IMG/VR virus record: IMGVR_UViG_3300047554_000738
Location: 1 to 55,683 of that record
Direction: 5' to 3' (one strand)
Length of the DNA: 55,683 nt
Source of the DNA: a virus
Lineage: Duplodnaviria; Caudoviricetes
Both the position numbers and the translations under genes were made by a program. The notes beneath the pieces were generated by a model. The model was not told the origin of the DNA and did no database searches. It worked only from the letters and a program-made list of their open reading frames with translations. Numbering within the stretch: the stretch's first letter is position 1; the number at the start of each line of letters is the position of its first letter. This document shows positions 53,583 to 55,683 of the stretch, piece by piece.

Positions 53583-55400
53583 ATGACCCATACGGAGCTA
53601 TTAGCATCGTTCTTAGATAATACAGCATCTCCCGAAAATTTCAGAGAGTTGGGTATACTCAAATTCGGGAAGATGCTGTTTCCTGATATATTCACAAATG
53701 ACTTCTCAATAATGCACTATGAAATGGCTTTGCTATTACTCGAAATGCTCCACCCGAAATATACTCGCAGGATAGAGAGACAAAGATATTTCAATGTGCA
53801 TAGAGAAGCGAGTAAATCTACTATTGGGACATTTCTATTACCTATATATTTCATATACTTAAAAGGTTACAGTCCTTATATCAAGATTAATGGTGAAGTT
53901 ATCAAACTGCCACCTATTAAGGAAGATTTTATAGTAATTACTTCAGAAACATCTACAAGAGCAGAACAGTTCGTAAATGACCTTAGAGGAGTAATCGAAT
54001 CGAGAGGGGATTTATCCCAACTGTTTGGTGAGAAGCATCCTGAAATGATTGAAACTGATGAAGATGATAGAACTTCAAGCAATATATGGCGTAAGAACGC
54101 TTTTATAACAGCAGACAAAACAGTTGTATGGGCATTAGGAGCAGGGCAGAGAATACGTGGTATCAAGGTAGCTGGTAACAGACCTACCCTTATAATTGTT
54201 GACGACATGTATTCCCGTGTCAATACCAAGACAGAGCAAACAAGAGAGCATCTTAACTATTGGTTCTTTAGTGAGTTAGCGAATTCAACCGATTCAGTAC
54301 GTGGTAAGATATTATGGCTTGGTACTATGGTGCATCCTGAAACTGTATTAGCTAAGTTTGAACACAGCGATACATGGTCAGGTGTTAAGAGAGCTATTAT
54401 TGACAAATTAGAGTTATTCGAGTTAATAGCGAGATGGAAAGAGTATGGTGTTGAAGAAGTGCCACCGAAAGATGTCTGTAAAGGCTGGCAGAAGGACTTT
54501 AAAACGCTGTCATGGCCCGATAGACATGATTTGTGGTATATTCTTCACCTATACAAAGATTCGGCCGATAACAATGATTTAAACTACTTTTGGCAAGAGT
54601 ACATGAATGAACCGCATGACCCACTTGCTCAGGACTTTGGTTTGGATTCGTTTGCTGAAACTCCACTTAACATTTATCGGAGTAATGATTATAACATGGA
54701 CATACAATATGTTGAATTTATGTATAAAGGGATAAGGCATAGAGGTGAAATCGTACTTTGTATTGGGGTTGACCCTGCTGTTGCTACTTCTGCAACTGCT
54801 GACGATACTGTTATATTTGTATCAGGGTTTTGCCGGGTATATCCATATATTGAGGGATATGATACGGAAGGACTTGAAAGAAGGTATAAGGAAGGAATAG
54901 TATTCCCTGTTATAGCCCATATTGAAGGTGGCAGGTATGCTATACATGATTACGAGGAGAGGAAAGGTATTGCAGAAGCTTTGATGAAACTATGTGATAG
55001 GTATAAAATAAGTTATGTGACTATTGAAGCACAAGGTCAACAGAAAGCTATTGTAGATGAGATAAGAAGAACCTTCTATGAGAAAGGTTACCATATACCA
55101 ATTGTAGAGGAATATACTAATATGAAGAAAGAAGAGAAGATTAACTCTATCGCTATATCTATTGTCCAAAGATATAAGGTAGTTATATGCGAACCTAATC
55201 CTGCTGTTAAAAAGAAATTATTTACTCAATTGGTTAATTTAGGTATTGGTGGTCATGATGATTATCCTGATGCCTGGAGCATATCAATGAAGATGATACA
55301 GCCACCTGAACCAAGGATTATTCATGAGACACGGCACTTACCTCCTCGACTAGAGGAACAGAATGCGAAGGCTCGGAAACTGGAATGGATGTTCCGATAA
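53583..55400 (+). CDS. terL: Terminase large subunit
   Basis: Walker A HREASKST, GQRIRG, Walker B LIIVDD, GTMVH, FWQEYMN, nuclease IGVDPA and HDDYPDA. Confidence 0.93.
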   Translation: MTHTELLASFLDNTASPENFRELGILKFGKMLFPDIFTNDFSIMHYEMALLLLEMLHPKYTRRIERQRYFNVHREASKSTIGTFLLPIYFIYLKGYSPYIKINGEVIKLPPIKEDFIVITSETSTRAEQFVNDLRGVIESRGDLSQLFGEKHPEMIETDEDDRTSSNIWRKNAFITADKTVVWALGAGQRIRGIKVAGNRPTLIIVDDMYSRVNTKTEQTREHLNYWFFSELANSTDSVRGKILWLGTMVHPETVLAKFEHSDTWSGVKRAIIDKLELFELIARWKEYGVEEVPPKDVCKGWQKDFKTLSWPDRHDLWYILHLYKDSADNNDLNYFWQEYMNEPHDPLAQDFGLDSFAETPLNIYRSNDYNMDIQYVEFMYKGIRHRGEIVLCIGVDPAVATSATADDTVIFVSGFCRVYPYIEGYDTEGLERRYKEGIVFPVIAHIEGGRYAIHDYEERKGIAEALMKLCDRYKISYVTIEAQGQQKAIVDEIRRTFYEKGYHIPIVEEYTNMKKEEKINSIAISIVQRYKVVICEPNPAVKKKLFTQLVNLGIGGHDDYPDAWSISMKMIQPPEPRIIHETRHLPPRLEEQNAKARKLEWMFR

Positions 55401-55629
55401 AATTATCAATATCATTCTGTTGGATATTGAATGTGTTCTTAGTTATTTCAGGTCTTTTATCATTGATTATATTCATTGCACTCTCTAATGCCCATTTCTT
55501 TAATTGAACATTATCTTTGTGAGTTTCTTCATCCAAAATTGCAATGATTTTGTCAGCAATATATTCGCCTGTAATACCTTTATTTTCAAATGATTTGCGT
55601 AGATTGTCCATGTAACCTAATCCTTCCAA
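55318..55629 (-). CDS. Putative terminase small subunit-like protein; start uncertain
   Basis: GITGEYIADKIIAIL...QLKKWALE helical pattern; frame is open to the window edge (55683); ATG 55611 has an AAGGA RBS. Confidence 0.45.
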   Translation of the reverse strand: MEGLGYMDNLRKSFENKGITGEYIADKIIAILDEETHKDNVQLKKWALESAMNIINDKRPEITKNTFNIQQNDIDNFIGTSIPVSEPSHSVPLVEEVSAVSHE

Positions 55630-55683
55630 ATATGTAATGAATTTATCCGATTGGATAATATTATCTAATATATTATAATTAAC

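Larger units (their letters stand above)
1..55683 (+). mobile_element. Large part of a tailed dsDNA bacteriophage genome (podovirus-type, crAss-like architecture with virion RNA polymerase)
   Basis: Portal, MCP, TerL, tail/fibre, endolysin, helicase and giant virion RNAP genes; dense unidirectional small ORFs; no cellular housekeeping genes. Confidence 0.95.

Overview
The window is most of a tailed dsDNA phage genome with podovirus-like, crAss-like architecture. Nearly all genes are on the + strand in standard genetic code. Gene order: (i) about 9 kb of small early genes joined by two families of repeated RBS/start junctions, with several structured non-coding elements including a tRNA-like RNA that lacks an anticodon arm; (ii) a recombination/replication block (Hjc-like resolvase, DUF932-like protein, Rad52/Sak, putative SSB, DnaB-like helicase, Cas4-like nuclease) with no DNA polymerase, primase or integrase visible; (iii) a terminator and promoter, then portal, scaffold, major capsid protein, two paralogous signal-peptide proteins, neck/tail rings, CHAP endolysin, nozzle and fibre genes; (iv) ejection proteins and a giant (4520 aa or longer) virion protein with a zincin HExxH motif and two-barrel RNA polymerase motifs (DFDGD); (v) a holin-like gene, terminase large subunit and a convergent TerS-like ORF. 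The most notable candidates are: two secreted capsid-module proteins rich in the Bacteroidota O-glycosylation sequon D-(S/T)-X, possibly a host-glycosylated virion coat; an A10 run that would fuse a 202-aa ORF to the giant RNAP by -1 frameshift or slippage; tandem loop-E-capped ncRNA modules; and a cassette-like early-gene array. The host is inferred to be an FCB-group bacterium. All family assignments come from motif recognition by eye; no database searches were run.
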